The notes beneath the pieces are model-generated. The model saw nothing but the letters and a program-made list of their open reading frames with translations. It made no database searches and was not told the DNA's origin. From the human T2T-CHM13v2.0 reference genome, Homo sapiens: a stretch of DNA of 64,000 nucleotides. Position 1 is the first letter of the stretch; the number at the start of each line of letters is the position of its first letter. The stretch lies in the NCBI RefSeq assembly GCF_009914755.1, contig NC_060934.1. One strand, 5' to 3'. Of the stretch, positions 37,321 through 50,416 are shown piece after piece. Position numbers and translations under genes: made by a program.

Positions 37321-38084
37321 AATCGGCCTCTGCTTCCTCCCCAGCCATCCCAACCAGGACCTGGGCAATGACAGCAGTTAGTAGTTGAGAATCTTTCTTG
37401 GCACAGCTATCTCAATTTGCAAGCTCCTTGCCATAGCTTCTGCTCTGGAGTCCCTGTTTCATGCCTTTAGAAGAAGCATCCTTCCATCCCAAGGGGCTCG
37501 GAGAGGCTGTTCCTGGGGAACACCCAAGAGAGAGTTAAATGGAGCCCTGTTTACAAGATTTCACCCCAGGGCTGCCTCTGAGCCATCTCCTTCCTAAAGG
37601 CGCTCTCCTTGAAATGCAGATGTGGGGATATGCATTTCTGCCCACTCAGGACCCCTGGCAACCATGGCCCACTATGATATGAGCTGGGCTTGTCAAGTAG
37701 CACATCCTAATCCAGTCCAGTTCAGGATTCAGCTGGACACAGAACTCCCTTGTCTTCCATTTTTTATTTCTGTGTGCACTCGTTGGCTGAGAATGTGGAT
37801 GCTGGTATTTCCATGTTGGTTAGGATGGGAGGTAGTCCATGTTAAACTCACATGAGCAACCCAGACCCCTCACTCCTCCAGGCTTCCAAGATCCTGACAG
37901 GGGGACTTGCAGATGAGTAAGTTAATGCTGGAGAAGTGTTTCATCTTTGGACATGAGACATTCCATAAATTGACCCACTTTTTCCAAAGGATTTTGGTGG
38001 CATTTCTGGGTGAGTTGGCTCAGGCAGACTACTGACTATTGGATTAATAACAATAATACAAATAATAATATATGATAATGATGC

Positions 38085-38300
38085 ATGGTGATAATAGTAG
38101 CAAATTATGCCACTTTAAAGCATTTCCTATGTGCCATGCACTGCATTCATTTTTTTACACAATGTCATTGAGAACTTCTACTAGTTCTATTTAACAGACA
38201 AAGAATCCAAGGCTCAGAGAGGTTTAGAAAATCTTCCAAGGCCACACAGCTAGCCCAGAATTCTAATCCAGGTCTTTGTGATTCCAAAGCCACTGCATCA
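38085..38300 (-). mobile_element. MIR SINE
   Basis: 'ggctcagagaggtt...ccaaggccacacagctag...gattccaaagcc'. Confidence 0.75.
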
Positions 38301-38309
38301 TATGTTTCA

Positions 38310-38680
38310 TCGAGTCCAAAAATGGAAACAATCCTTATGTCCATCAATAGGGGAATGATGATATGGAATATCTAAACCATGGAATATTAGTCAGCTGCTT
38401 AAAAATGATGTGTGCCTGCGTGTTCTGATATGGAATGATATCTAAGACAATGGCTAAGTGAGAAAAAGCAAGTTGCAAAAGATAAAACTAGAACAGTTCC
38501 ATTTATTTACTCTCCAACCACAAAACAGGAGTAGAGAGCTCTATGCATTCATGTACACACAGAGAAAGAAGCCTAAAATCATATGCACAACACTGCTAAC
38601 TCAGGAAATGGGAGAGGTTGGTGGGTGGTAAAAGGTTTTATTGGCTTGATCTGTATTTCTAGGACATTTTAGATGAACTT
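38310..38680 (+). mobile_element. L1ME 3' fragment
   Basis: 'tggaaacaatccttatgtccatcaatagggga...catggaatattag...aagtgagaaaaagcaagttgca'. Confidence 0.7.
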
Positions 38681-38704
38681 AGCTTCTTGCATTCCCTGCA
38701 AAAA

Positions 38705-39195
38705 CTTGTGCTGTGATTAGAGCAGGAGCCCAGGGGGTTACACTGCCTGGGTTTACATCCTAGCTCTGCCACTGACAAGCTGCATGACCCCAGGAAAGGC
38801 ACTTCATCTTTGTTTCCACATCTGTAAAATGAGAATAACCACCACCAACACCACAACTACCACTGCAATCATAACAATAATAATACACATCTCATAGGGC
38901 TAATTCAGGGTTTCCCAACCATGGTGCTATTGACATTTCATGCCCGTTAATTCTCTGCTGTGGGGGGCTGTCCTATCTGTTGCTGGATGTTTGGCGCCAT
39001 CCCTGGCTTTGTCAGGGATCAGTAGATGTCAGCAGCCTCCCTCACCCCAATCAGGGTGATAAAAACGGTCCTCTGGGGGGCAAATCACCCCAGCTGAGAA
39101 CCACTAGGTTAATGTAAGTGTAAAATGAGTTAATTCACATAAAGTGCTTGGGGTGGTGCCTAGCACAGAGTAAGCCCTGGATAAATATTACCTCC
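38705..39195 (+). mobile_element. MIR SINE split by MER20
   Basis: 5' part to 'catctcatagggct' (about 38900), resumes 'taaaatgagttaattcacataaagtgctt'. Confidence 0.8.
38907..39105. mobile_element. MER20 MITE
   Basis: 'cagggtttcccaacc...ctattgacattt...ggggggctgtcct...gggggcaaatcaccccagctgagaaccact'. Confidence 0.88.
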
Positions 39196-40399
39196 TATCA
39201 ATTCAAGGGTGGAAGAAGAGAAATGTGATGAGTCCTTCTCTGTCCAGCCACGCAGGGGTCTAGGGGTTGGTGCAGGGGAAGAATTCAAGGCTGGATGTTG
39301 GGGGGCGTGGGGTCTGCTTCTGTGCCTGTCCCTCAGTGTTGGACACTTTGGGTAGCTGGTTCATCACTTAGGGCCTTGGTTTCCTTCTCTGTAAAATGTA
39401 GGGGCCTGACCAGGGGCTGCAGAGTACACTCAGACCTCAGGCAGCTGCTGAGTCCCCAGGGAGCCCTCCTCCATCTCTCAGAGTTGGAGGGTGGCGACGG
39501 GGTACCAGCCCCCTAACAACTCCCCAGTGTAGCTGCCTGGACTGCAGCTCAGTCTGGCTGGGAATCCATCTCAGACGCGGCCCCTTCCTCCCTCCACAAC
39601 TGGGGAGCAGATGCAGCCCGTGTGTGGCTGTTGCCCAGACACAGGTGGTACCACCTGCCACAAGTTCCTTGATTCCTGATCATCCTACAATCACTTTTGG
39701 CCCCAAAACAATTTGCTGGGTGAAGGGAGAGGAGGGCCTCGAGGGTAAGGGGGAAGAAGGGGAGGGAGGTGGGGGTGGCACGGGGTTAAGAGTGGCCTTT
39801 GAAGTTCGCAACCATCTTATATAAAACATCTTCAGTCATTCCCCATTTGGATGATGTCAGGAGAGCACATTACCATCCCGAGATCAAATGCAACAGCAAG
39901 AATCACTTGTTGCGCACCAGGCTACAGTCATATATCAAGTATTCTAGGCACACGGAATTCGTAACTTTCCCCGAAACAGATTGATATTTTCCTCTTCCAC
40001 TTTCTGGGAAGGAGACATCTGACTTTGCTTCAAGTGCAGTTTGAGGGGCGGTGGGGAAATTAAACCAGTGCCCATTGTCTTTGCACGATGCTGGCCATGC
40101 AGCTGACGGCACAATTCTATTTCTTCTTTCCTTTGGGTTCTCTTGGTGATAGGCAGTTTGCCATCGGCCACATAATGACAAAGAAATCCAAAGAACTCTC
40201 TCAGGCTCTCCAGTATTTGGCCCAAACAATAGCAGCAGGGGTTGTGTTTTTATTCTCCCTCTTATGCGTTCTTGTCTTTTTCTTCTACTTTTTTGGTTAG
40301 TTTGGGCCTCTGGTGCAGGGCAAATGTAATTAATAGTCAGAACAACCAGTAAAACTGGGAGATGAGAGATTTTTGTCTTTTTTTTTTTTTTCTTCCTTA

Positions 40400-40580
40400 G
40401 AACTGCAGATTGTCAGAGCTGGAAGACTCCTTGCAAATTACCAGGGGCAGCTCTTTTACAGATGAGGAAAATCAAGCCCAGAGAGAAAACGTGACCCCCC
40501 AAGGCCACACAGCCTTGACTTTGGGTGAATTGTTTACCCTATCTGGGTACCACTTTCCTTATCTGGAAATAGAAAGTGTA
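40400..40580. mobile_element. Two abutting MIR fragments in opposite orientation
   Basis: Antisense core to about 40515, then sense core 'tgactttgggtgaattg...tttccttatctggaaat'. Confidence 0.6.
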
Positions 40581-41210
40581 GAGACCTGTGGTAGCTCCTT
40601 TGAGTGGGTGTTAGGAAGACACAAGAAAGGAGGTCCCTTTAGCAAATGTGTTATCTGAAAGCAAGGTCCTCTTAAACTCCCTGTTGGAAATGCTGGGGGC
40701 TGGGATGAAGGACTGAAATGTAACTGGATTGACGTCCTTTTCTCTTCTGCTTTCTGCTTCTCTTCCCTGTTTCACAAATCTGTGATCAATGCACAAATTG
40801 ATCACAGTGGAGCAAAGACAGACTTCTGAGAGCCCTTTGCAAATTGGGACTCTGAGGCTGTCACCATGTGCCCAGTGGAGTGAGGCAGGCGGGAGATTCA
40901 GAGGCAGATCACAGTCCCCTGGAACCGGCCTGGGGAGAGCAGGCCAGTGATGATCTCAGCCTGACGCCTTCCATTATGGGGTGTCTCACCCAGCCCCTCC
41001 TGGAAAGCGATGGTGGTTAATATCAGGCAACCCATGCAGCTTTGTCATACCTGTGTATCATATTTGTAGTTTCTCTTGAGGCCAGTCTAGCAACAGGCAG
41101 CATAGCCAAGGGGTTTATGTGGGCTCTGCAGCCAGATGCTGGGATTCAAACCCCAGTACTAGCTGCGTCCACCTGGCCAAGCTCTTCAGCCTCTGAGCTT
41201 TGGCTTTTAA

Positions 41211-41520
<310 letters not shown>

Positions 41521-41529
41521 TAACATTTA

Positions 41530-42155
41530 AATTTTTTTAAGGAACTATAACACATGTATCAAGACCTGCAACATGCAAGTAAGTGATGAAGCCCTGAGAA
41601 CTTACTTCCAACCTAAGAACTAGGCCTTGGATGGGCCTCTGTCTTCCAGTCCCCTGCTCTACCCAAGAAGTAACCATGATCTTGAAACACCTCTATCCTT
41701 TCCTGTTTTTTTTTAAAACAAAACAAAACAAAACAAAACTTTATTTTGATTGTTTACATATGTATCCCTAAATAACATATTGCTTATTTTTTGAGCTTCA
41801 TAAAAGCTGTATCATATTCTGTAAGGTCTTCTGTTACTTGCTGTTTTCCCCCATTTAAAATGATATTTCTAAGATTCATCCTTGTTATGGTTCGAGGCCG
41901 TGTTTCATCTGCTTTTCTCTGCTGGAGCACATTGCATGGTAAGAGTACACCACCATTTACTTATCCATACTCCTTTTGATGGGCACTTGGGTTGGATTCA
42001 GTGTTTTTGCAGTTATAAAGAGTGGTTCTATGAGTGTTTCAATATGTGCACACACGTGTGGATTTCTATGAGATACACATATACAAGTGGAAGGCTAGAT
42101 CATAGGGAATAGGAATATTCAACTTTATGGGCTAGCATCCAATTATTTTCCAGTG
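41530..42155 (-). mobile_element. L1ME 3' fragment
   Basis: 'tatttctaagattcatcc...tttgatgggcacttgggttg'; internal (AAAAC)n. Confidence 0.7.
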
Positions 42156-42554
42156 CCTTGTCCCCAAAGCTCCCATTTTTTTCATTTGTAACATGGGTGC
42201 CAACCTTACAGGGCTGAAGCTAGAATTGAATGAGGCAAAGCACCGGGAAACATTTAGCACAGTGTCTGCACTTAGTAGATGTCCAGGGCACATTATCTAT
42301 GATTCCCTGCTTCCTCCTTCCTCCACTCCCCTGGGATTGAGAGAGTCCTTATCCATCTTCAACAGCATTTGCTGCTACTCATCCAGGAGCCCTTTGTGAG
42401 TTTGACTTTGACTTTAGGGCTATTCACCACATGGATGGATTTTTTTGTACACAGTCTCTCAGTGATGTTGGCCGGTTACTCCTCCGTGTTCATCACATGT
42501 GCCTCTCTCACTATGCCTCAGTCAGAACAAGGCCCTGAAGTTAACTTCAAACAG

Positions 42555-43800
42555 ACCGGTGCTGCTCAAACTCTAATGAGGATCTGGCAAAAATGCAGAT
42601 CTTGATTTTTCTTAACTTTTATTTTAGGTTCAGGGTACATGTGCAGGCTTGTTATATAAGTAAACTCATGTCGTGGGGGTTTGTTGTACATATTATTTAG
42701 TTACCCAGTTACTAAGCCTAGTAACCAACAGTTATTTTTTTCTGATCCTTTCCCTCCTCCTATCCATCACCCTCAAATAGGACCCAGTGTCTGTGTTCCC
42801 CGCTTTGTGTCCATGAGTTCTCATCATTTAGCTCCCACTTATAAGTGAGAACATGCAGCATTTGGTTTTCTGTTCCTGTGTTAGTTTGTTAAGGATAATA
42901 GCCTCCAGCTCTATCCATGTTCCTGCAGAGGACATGATCTTGTCCTTTTTTATGCTGTGTAGTATTCCACGGTGTACATGTACCACATTTTCTTCATCTG
43001 ATCATTGATGGACATTTAGATTGGTTCCACATCTTTGCTATTGTGAATACTGCTGCAATGAACATTCACATGTATTTGTCTTTATGGTAGAATGACTTAT
43101 ATTCCTTTGGGTATATACTCAGTAGTGGGATTGCTGGGTTGACTGGTAGTTCTGTTTTTAGCTCTTTGAGGAATCACCACACTGCTTTCCACAATGGTTG
43201 AACTGATTTACACTCCCACCAACAGTGTATAGGCATTCCTTTTTCTCCACAGCCTCATCAGCATATATTATTTTTTGACTTTTTAACAATAGCTGTTCTG
43301 ACTGGTGGGAGATGGTATCTCATTGTGGTTTTGATTTGCTTTTCTCTAATAATCAGTGATATTTAGCTTTTCTTTATATGCTTTTTGGCCGTATGTATGT
43401 CTTCTTTTGAAAGTGTCTGTTCCTGTCCTTTGCCCACTTTTTAATGGGGTTGTTTTTTCTTGTAAATTTGTTTAAGTTCCTTATAGATGCTGGATGGATG
43501 GTAGATCTTTTTCAGATGCATGGTTTGCAAATATTTTCTCCCATTATGTAGGTTGTCTGTTTACTCTGTTGATAGTTTCTTTTACTGTGCAGAAGCTCTT
43601 AAGTTTAAATAGATCCCATTTGTCAATTTTTGCTTTTGTTGCACAATTGTTTTTGGTGTCTTTGTCATGAAATCTTTGCCTGTTCCTATGGCAGATCTTG
43701 ATTTAGTAGGTCTGGGAAAGATTGGGGATTCTACATTTCTAATCACCTCCCAGGTGATACTGATGTTGCTGGTCCGTGGATCATCCGTTGTGAAGCAAGG
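42555..43800. mobile_element. MER5A MITE split by an L1 insertion
   Basis: 5' 'gtgctgctcaaactctaat...aaaatgcagat'; 3' 'tagtaggtctggg...catttctaatcacctcccaggtgatactgatgttgctggtccgtgga'. Confidence 0.75.
42609..43690 (-). mobile_element. 5'-truncated primate L1 (old L1PA, PA13-16-like), 3' UTR plus end of ORF2
   Basis: Perfect 14-bp TSD gcagatcttgattt at 42595-42608 and 43691-43704; ORF2-like peptide [13 protein letters not shown] in the ORF track. Confidence 0.93.
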
Positions 43801-45167
43801 GCGTAGACCACCTAGGCCGTCTAAGTCAGAATAACTCAAATGCACTCTCCAAGTTTCATGACAGTTTGTCTTGTCTGACAACAGACAGAAGTGTGACCTT
43901 GTGTGTCTAATTAAGTGCCTTGATGGGGAGGAGATAGGATGATGGGAAGGTGGAGGAAGTGCCAATAGCCCACATTGGCCATGGTCGGGGATAAATGCTT
44001 TTGGAAAGAGTGCTATCAACACTGCGTCCTGGAGGAAGGTCTGAGTTACCCAGGCTATGGCCAGGAGGCAAGTCCTCAGACCAAGGAATGATGCTTTGTA
44101 TAGAAGAGACCTGAGAGTTGGTAATGTCCTTTCCATAGTGTAGGGCCAGTGTTTGCTCCATGAATTTTTTTCAATAAGTATACAAAATAGCTCTGGGTGT
44201 TATTAGGAGAAGGATTGAAATTGAGTGGCTCCATCTGCCTTGTGCAGTCTTTATCAGGACATTCAGAGGCAAGAGCTCCACCCTGGAGCCTGGAGAGCAC
44301 TGTTTGGATTCAGCCCTGCCTCCCGTGCTCCCCTTCCCACCTCATCCTGGGAATTCTGGAGCTGACCCATAGGGAGATGGTTCAGGGAATGTTCCAGTGG
44401 ATGGTGGGGGAATGTGCTTTCTCTCTCAAAAAGCTGCCCCCTCCTCTAACTATTTCTAGGTAAAGTAATTGCTTGGCTTTTCAAAGCTGAGAGCTACTTG
44501 GGATATTCCAAACACAGGGCATTTCTTCAGAACTGTACATGAGACTCTCGTACAAAACTCATGTACAAAACTCTTGCTCCACTGTGAGCTCAGCGTGTTG
44601 GGCTTTAGGAGATTAAATTATTATTTTTTTAAAGTGGAGGCTGATGCTTCTCTCTCATCTCTGTCTTTGCTGTTGACAGCCAGACACCCAGGAAAGCGTG
44701 CAAACACAGTTATCCACAGCTTGTCGCCAAAGATATTTATCACTTCTTAGCGCTGTGCACAGTTCCTAGACAAGACACCCCAATGCACCTAAATGGGACG
44801 CTTTTTCCTCCTTGTTTCAAAGTGAAAATTCCCCAGTAATATCTGACGTCAGGAGAGTGGTGACTCAGATTTTCCAACATTTAAGCACAGACACGGGTGT
44901 CTAAACCTCTGAGGCCATGCTATGTGATCTGTGAGTTCAATTCTGGATTTGAGTCCAAATGCTCACCTTTTAGTGCCTCCCAAATCCTTCTGTGGTGGGT
45001 GGTTCCTAATGTTTCCCTTAAGGGCCACCTTGGTAAGGAGCAGCCATAGGAACTCTAAGCCAGAATGCGAGGGTAAGCTTGGCCCTTTCTGCTAACAAGT
45101 AGCTGCAGGATCCTGGGCAGATCTCCTCACCTGGGTGCATTGCTGCCTTCTTATTTTAAAAAAAGTC

Positions 45168-45372
45168 AGCAATTTTCAAGTGTTTTGTAAAACAAAGAAT
45201 CTTTGATTAAATAAAGTCTTCCATGAAGCTTCAGTGTAGGAGAGTTGGAAGCCAGGCTGATTTGGTGGAGGCAGAGTTGGAGTCCCTGGTTTCCTTCTCC
45301 CAACCACGGAAGCCCCTACGGTCACTTTAGGAACCCTAAGTGCTTGACAGAACACAATTTGAAAACCACTGA
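45168..45372. mobile_element. hAT-Charlie MITE (MER112-like)
   Basis: Ends 'ggaaccctaag...agaacacaatttgaaaaccactg'; family uncertain. Confidence 0.5.
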
Positions 45373-45399
45373 ACTACAAAAGCTCCAGAAGGCCTTTTA

Positions 45400-45720
45400 G
45401 TTTTATCAATTGTATTTTATTGATGTGAGACAGGGTCTTACTCTTGTGTGTGAGCCAGAGTGCACTGGTGCAATCAGCTCACTGCAGCCTCTAATTCCTA
45501 ATCTCAAGCAATCCTCCCACTTCAGCCTCCTAAGTAGCTGGGACTACAGGTGCACACCACCATACCTGGCTAATTTAAAAAAAAATTTGTAGAGATCGGT
45601 GGGGGGCGGGGGGTCTTGCTGCTTTGCCCAGGCTTGTCTTGAACTCCTGGCTTCAAGCAATCCTTCTGCCTCAACATTCCAAAGTGCTGGGATTATAGGT
45701 GTGAGTCACTGTGCCTGGCT
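45400..45720 (-). mobile_element. AluJ (Jo/Jr-like), degraded
   Basis: 'gagacagggtctt...ctcaagcaatcctcccacttcagcctcc...gtgcctggct'; TSD-like gcctttta on both sides. Confidence 0.9.
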
Positions 45721-45780
45721 GCCTTTTATTTGTGATGGTCTAAGAAGCTATGGCAAGATGGCTGGCTTGGGGATATGAGG

Positions 45781-46544
45781 TGTTATGGGCTGAAATATGT
45801 CTCCCTAAAATCAATACATTGAAGTCCTTACCCCCAGTACTTCAGAATGTGACTGAATTTGGAGATAGGGTCTTAAAGAGGTAACCATATTAAAATGAAA
45901 TAATTGAGTGGGCCCTAATCCAGTATCACCAGTGTCCTTATAGGAAGATGAGATTAAGACATAGACACTCACAAAGGGAGAATCATGTGAAGACACGGGA
46001 GAAGACAGTTACTGGTAAGCCAAGCAGAGAGGCCTCTGAGTAGTAAATCAATCCTCTGACACCCTGGTCTTGGACTTCTAGGCTCCTGGATTATGAGAAA
46101 ATAAATTTCTGTTTCTTAAGCCCCTCAGTCGGTGGTACTTTGTTACAGCAGCCTGAAATGGTTTGGCTCTGTGTCCCCAGCCAAATCTCATCTCAAATTG
46201 TAATCCCCACATGTCAAGGGAGGGGCCTGATGGGAGGTCATTGGACCATGGGGGTGGTTCTCCCATGCCAACTCAAGATAGTGAGGGAGTTTTCAAGAGA
46301 TCTTGATGGCTTAAAAGTGCCAGTTTCCCCTACGCTTTTTTTTTCTCTCTCTCCTGCTGCTATGTAAGACGTGCCTTGCTTCTTCTTCGCCTTCTGCCAT
46401 GATTGCCATTTTCCTGAGGCCTCCCCAGCCATGCAGAACTGTGAGTCAATCAAACCTCTTTTGCTTATAAATTACCCAGTCTCAGGTAGTATCTTTATAG
46501 CAGGGTGAAAATGAACTAATACACAGCCCTAGCAAATGAATACA
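45781..46544 (+). mobile_element. MLT1B solo LTR with a THE1 inserted near its 3' end
   Basis: tgttatgggctgaa...ttgttacagcagcc [THE1] ctagcaaatgaataca. Confidence 0.9.
46154..46523 (+). mobile_element. THE1 (D-like) solo LTR with 5-bp TSD
   Basis: tgaaatggtttggctctgtgtcccc...aactaataca; TSD CAGCC at 46149-46153 and 46524-46528. Confidence 0.93.
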
Positions 46545-47963
46545 TGGAGGGAGAGGTTCCCATTCAGGTCACCATTTTAAGGAATTCTATTTATCCCAAT
46601 ATAAAACCACTAGGCAACCTTGTATGTCTCCTCTCTGAGGAACTAAACCCATGCTCTTTACCAGGGAGATGCCCCTGGTCTCCCAAGAAATATGTCCCTG
46701 CCCTCGGGAGGATGATAAAAATGTTCTTGAGCTTGGCTATGTCTGGTAGGGGGTCTGGGTTTAGAGGGCATCCCCAGGGATGGTGATGGTGGAAAGAGCC
46801 CTGGGAAGGCCTCCCACTGGCTCCTGGTCTGTGAAAGTCTGGCTGTAGGAATATTTAACACCTGCTGGGACCAGAACCCAGGTTTCATTTTTTCCTAATC
46901 AGATTGTGCCCAAACTAATAATAGTTATCCAGATAGAGCTGTGCGAAACTAGCAATTTTCACTTCACAGGCATTTGTTTGGGAAAATCACAGTTTTTCAC
47001 CTTTAGAACCTGCCATTTTGTTTCACAAAAAACTCAAGGTGAAAAGAAATGTAGGTGAGCATTTTCAATTTTTCATGAGCTGGATTTTGGCAGAGGTGGC
47101 AGCTCTCTCCAATCTTGTTTCATGGTAAAAGAAGCCACCATGGGGCTGGACCAGGGAAGAAGTTGGGGTGCTGGAAGACGATGAAAGGGGGTGTGCGGAG
47201 TCTAAGAGGTGCCCATCAGTGTCCTCCAAGGGAGTCTCTGGGGATTGGGTGGGACAGGGGTAGCACCAAGCTCTAGGCAAGCAAAGAGGGGCACAGGACC
47301 CTGGGACAAATGTCTGTCTCCTTTGATGCCTTGACCTGGGGTGTCTGGGAAAGAGTGAAGTGTTTATCCCCTCGTTTATGAAGGTCTCTGCACTCAAGTC
47401 TCAGCAATTGGCCATAGGCATCTGGGTCACGCCTCCTTGGAGTTTTAAAAATGCAGTGTTCATTTGTTCAGCCACTTGCCAAGTTTCTCTTTTCTATCTT
47501 TAGTGTAGTCATGATAGATACTGTACAGGTGTGCACATGTGTGGGAGAGAAAGAGAGATGGCAAAGCTGAGGGGCCAGACATACAACAGCAGAATAAGAG
47601 GAGGTCACATCTTTACACTCTAGGAATTGGCAGGCTGGTAGAAGACCAGGACAGAATTCCTGCTCAGGAAATATCTGGAAAACAGTGGCTTAGCAAGCAG
47701 AGGTACAGATCCAAGGGCAAGTCCTGGCTCAAAAATAAAATAATAAAATAAAATTAATGCCTACTGAATTTTTACATAGAACTCAAGAGTCTTAAAAATG
47801 CAATTCTTCTCCTGAGAAACTATCTGAAGGAAATAATCAGAAATGCAGTCAATAATTTGCACCAAGGTCTTCCCTGCTGATGTATTTATAATAGCCCCAC
47901 ATTGAGAACCAGCCTAAGCTCTAACAATAAGAAGGATTAGTTCAATAAATGGTGGTCTAGCCC

Positions 47964-48186
47964 AGAGATCAGCAAACTGTGGCCCTTGGATCAAACCCAG
48001 CTCTCCATCTGTTTTTGTAAATAAAGTTTTATTGGAACACAGCTATGCCCATTCTTGTGTGTATTGTCTGTGGCTGCTTTGATGCTACGATGGCAGAGCT
48101 AAGTAGTTGCCATAGGGACCATATATCCCGCAAAGCCTAAAAATATTTACTATCTAGTGCTTTAAGAAAACAATTTCTGACCTCTG
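47964..48186. mobile_element. MER58A MITE inside an L1ME relic
   Basis: 'tcagcaaactgtggccc...tttgtaaataaagttttattggaacacagc...gcaaagcctaaaaatatttactatct'. Confidence 0.88.
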
Positions 48187-48215
48187 GTTGAACCACATGA
48201 AGAAATGCCAGGTAA

Positions 48216-48549
<334 letters not shown>

Positions 48550-48799
48550 TAGGATTTTTTATTGTCACGGAAGAATGCATATGGCATAATGGTAAGTTAA
48601 AAAGTAGGATATGACATTTTCGTATTAATAATAATAACATTTGTTAAGTGCATATGAAGTTTTAGGCACTGTTTAGATGATGATTACAAGGTGTCTTAAA
48701 AGCAAGGGAAAATGCCTGTGGTATAACGGCATGCAAGAAAGCAGGATATAAAATGCTGATGTTTAGTAAGAATTAATATGTATCAAGCACACATGAAGC

Positions 48800-48960
48800 T
48801 CATCACTTTGTGTATCATTTCACTAAGCCTTCAAAAAATTATATGTGGAGGCTACTATTATTGTACATTTACAGATCAAGAATGAAGACAGAGAAAGAGG
48901 TTAAGTCATTTGCTTTAGGGACCTACCTGGTGAGTGAAGGAGCCAGCATTCAAAGAAAGG
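48800..48960 (-). mobile_element. MIR SINE
   Basis: 'catttacagat...agaggttaagtcatttgc'. Confidence 0.65.
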
Positions 48961-49059
48961 GAGTCTTCTTCTACACAGAGAAAGGACTAGAAGGAAACAG
49001 GGCAAAATATTAGCAGTGGTTGTATGTGGGTGCTGGTGCGAGGACAGCTCTGTCCTTGG

Positions 49060-49530
49060 CATTGTCTTTGGCTCTGAGTAACTGAGAACCTAGAAAACAA
49101 CAGCTTGAGCAAGTGAGGGGCTCATTTTCTTCCATTCCAAGAAGTCTGGGGGACACAGCCACGGTTGGATTGGAGGCTCTCTGACACCGGCAGAACCTGG
49201 CCTCAACCCTCTGAGCATGTGAGTTTTGTTCTCAGGTTTGTCACTTGTGTCTCAAGGTGACTGCCCACCTCTTGGGTCATTTCTTGCATTCAGAGCAGGA
49301 AGAGGGGGAAAGGTGAAGGGCTAGAGGTGGAAACTGGCTGAATGGCCCCTTTATCAAATAACCTTCCTGTAAGTTCCAACTAGCAACTAGTTTCACATAT
49401 GTCTCATTGGCCAGAATGGGGTCACATGATCACCCACAGTTGCAAGGCTGGCTGGAATGCAAAGTCTTTTAGCTAAGCGCTTTACAACCCTGAACAAAAT
49501 CAGGATTTTGTTAGTAAGGAAGAGAGGCAA
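49060..49530 (-). mobile_element. MLT1 (J/K-like) LTR
   Basis: 'tctcattggccagaatggggtcacatg...tgcaaggctggctggaatg...aacaaaatcaggattttgttagtaagga'. Confidence 0.7.
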
Positions 49531-49947
49531 CTTGCCATGTTTGCAGCACGGATGGTTACTAACTTATCCTTTATTACTTCCTGAATTTTCCAAAATTAAA
49601 CAAAGGCTTGCAGAATCTGAAGGCATCAGGATGGAGGAAAGGTGGGCAGAGGGAGTGATGGAGAGGAGTGGGTGAATTGGGGAGGTATCCCCAGAGCGGA
49701 TATACTTTAATTTTCAGGGTGACTGGTGAAGAGACATGCCCGCACTTTCTTTTATTACAAGCCTTCTGAGGGCATGTAAGAGAAGCCCAGGACAGTCTGC
49801 CAGATTGGCTTCTCCCATCCTGCACAGGAACAGGAACTGCCGGGATCAACCAGCCCATGGTGAGGCTGCAGCACATGGACTCAGAAGCCATACTGATGGG
49901 GCCAAGAGGCCAGGAGGCCACTCTGACTAAGTTTTCATTGTCTCCTA

Positions 49948-50416
49948 GAGTGGGTAGGATTGTGTCCTCCCAAAAGTTATATTCAAGTCCTAATACCCCT
50001 ATACCTGTTATCTTATTTGAAAATAGGGTCTTTGCTGATGTAATCAAGTTAAGATGAGGTCATACTAGATTAGTGTGACCCTAATCCAAGTCCTTATAAG
50101 GACCGGTGTCCTTATAAGGAAAGAGAAATTTGGACATAGATATAGAAGGCTCAGGAAAGAAGGCTGTATGAAGACAGAGGCATAGATTGCCATGAATCAG
50201 CTACAAGCCAAGGGACGCCAAGGATTGCCGGCAACCACCGGAAACAAGGAGAGAGGCATGGAACACATTCCTCCTTAGAGCCTCCGGAAGGAACCAGCCC
50301 TGTTAACACCCTGATTTTGAATTTCTGGCCTCCAGAACCATGAGAGAATAAAGTCCTATTGTTTTAAGCCACTCAGTGTGTGGCAATCTGTTATGGCAAC
50401 CCTGGAAAATAAGTAC
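49948..50416 (+). mobile_element. MLT1C solo LTR
   Basis: 'aatagggtctttgctgatgtaatcaagttaagatgaggtcatac...ggattgccggcaaccacc...ttctggcctccagaac'. Confidence 0.9.

Noticed and set aside
43582-44136. 184-aa minus-strand ORF with an L1 ORF2-like tail
   Set aside because: Chance read-through from unique DNA across MER5A into a dead truncated L1
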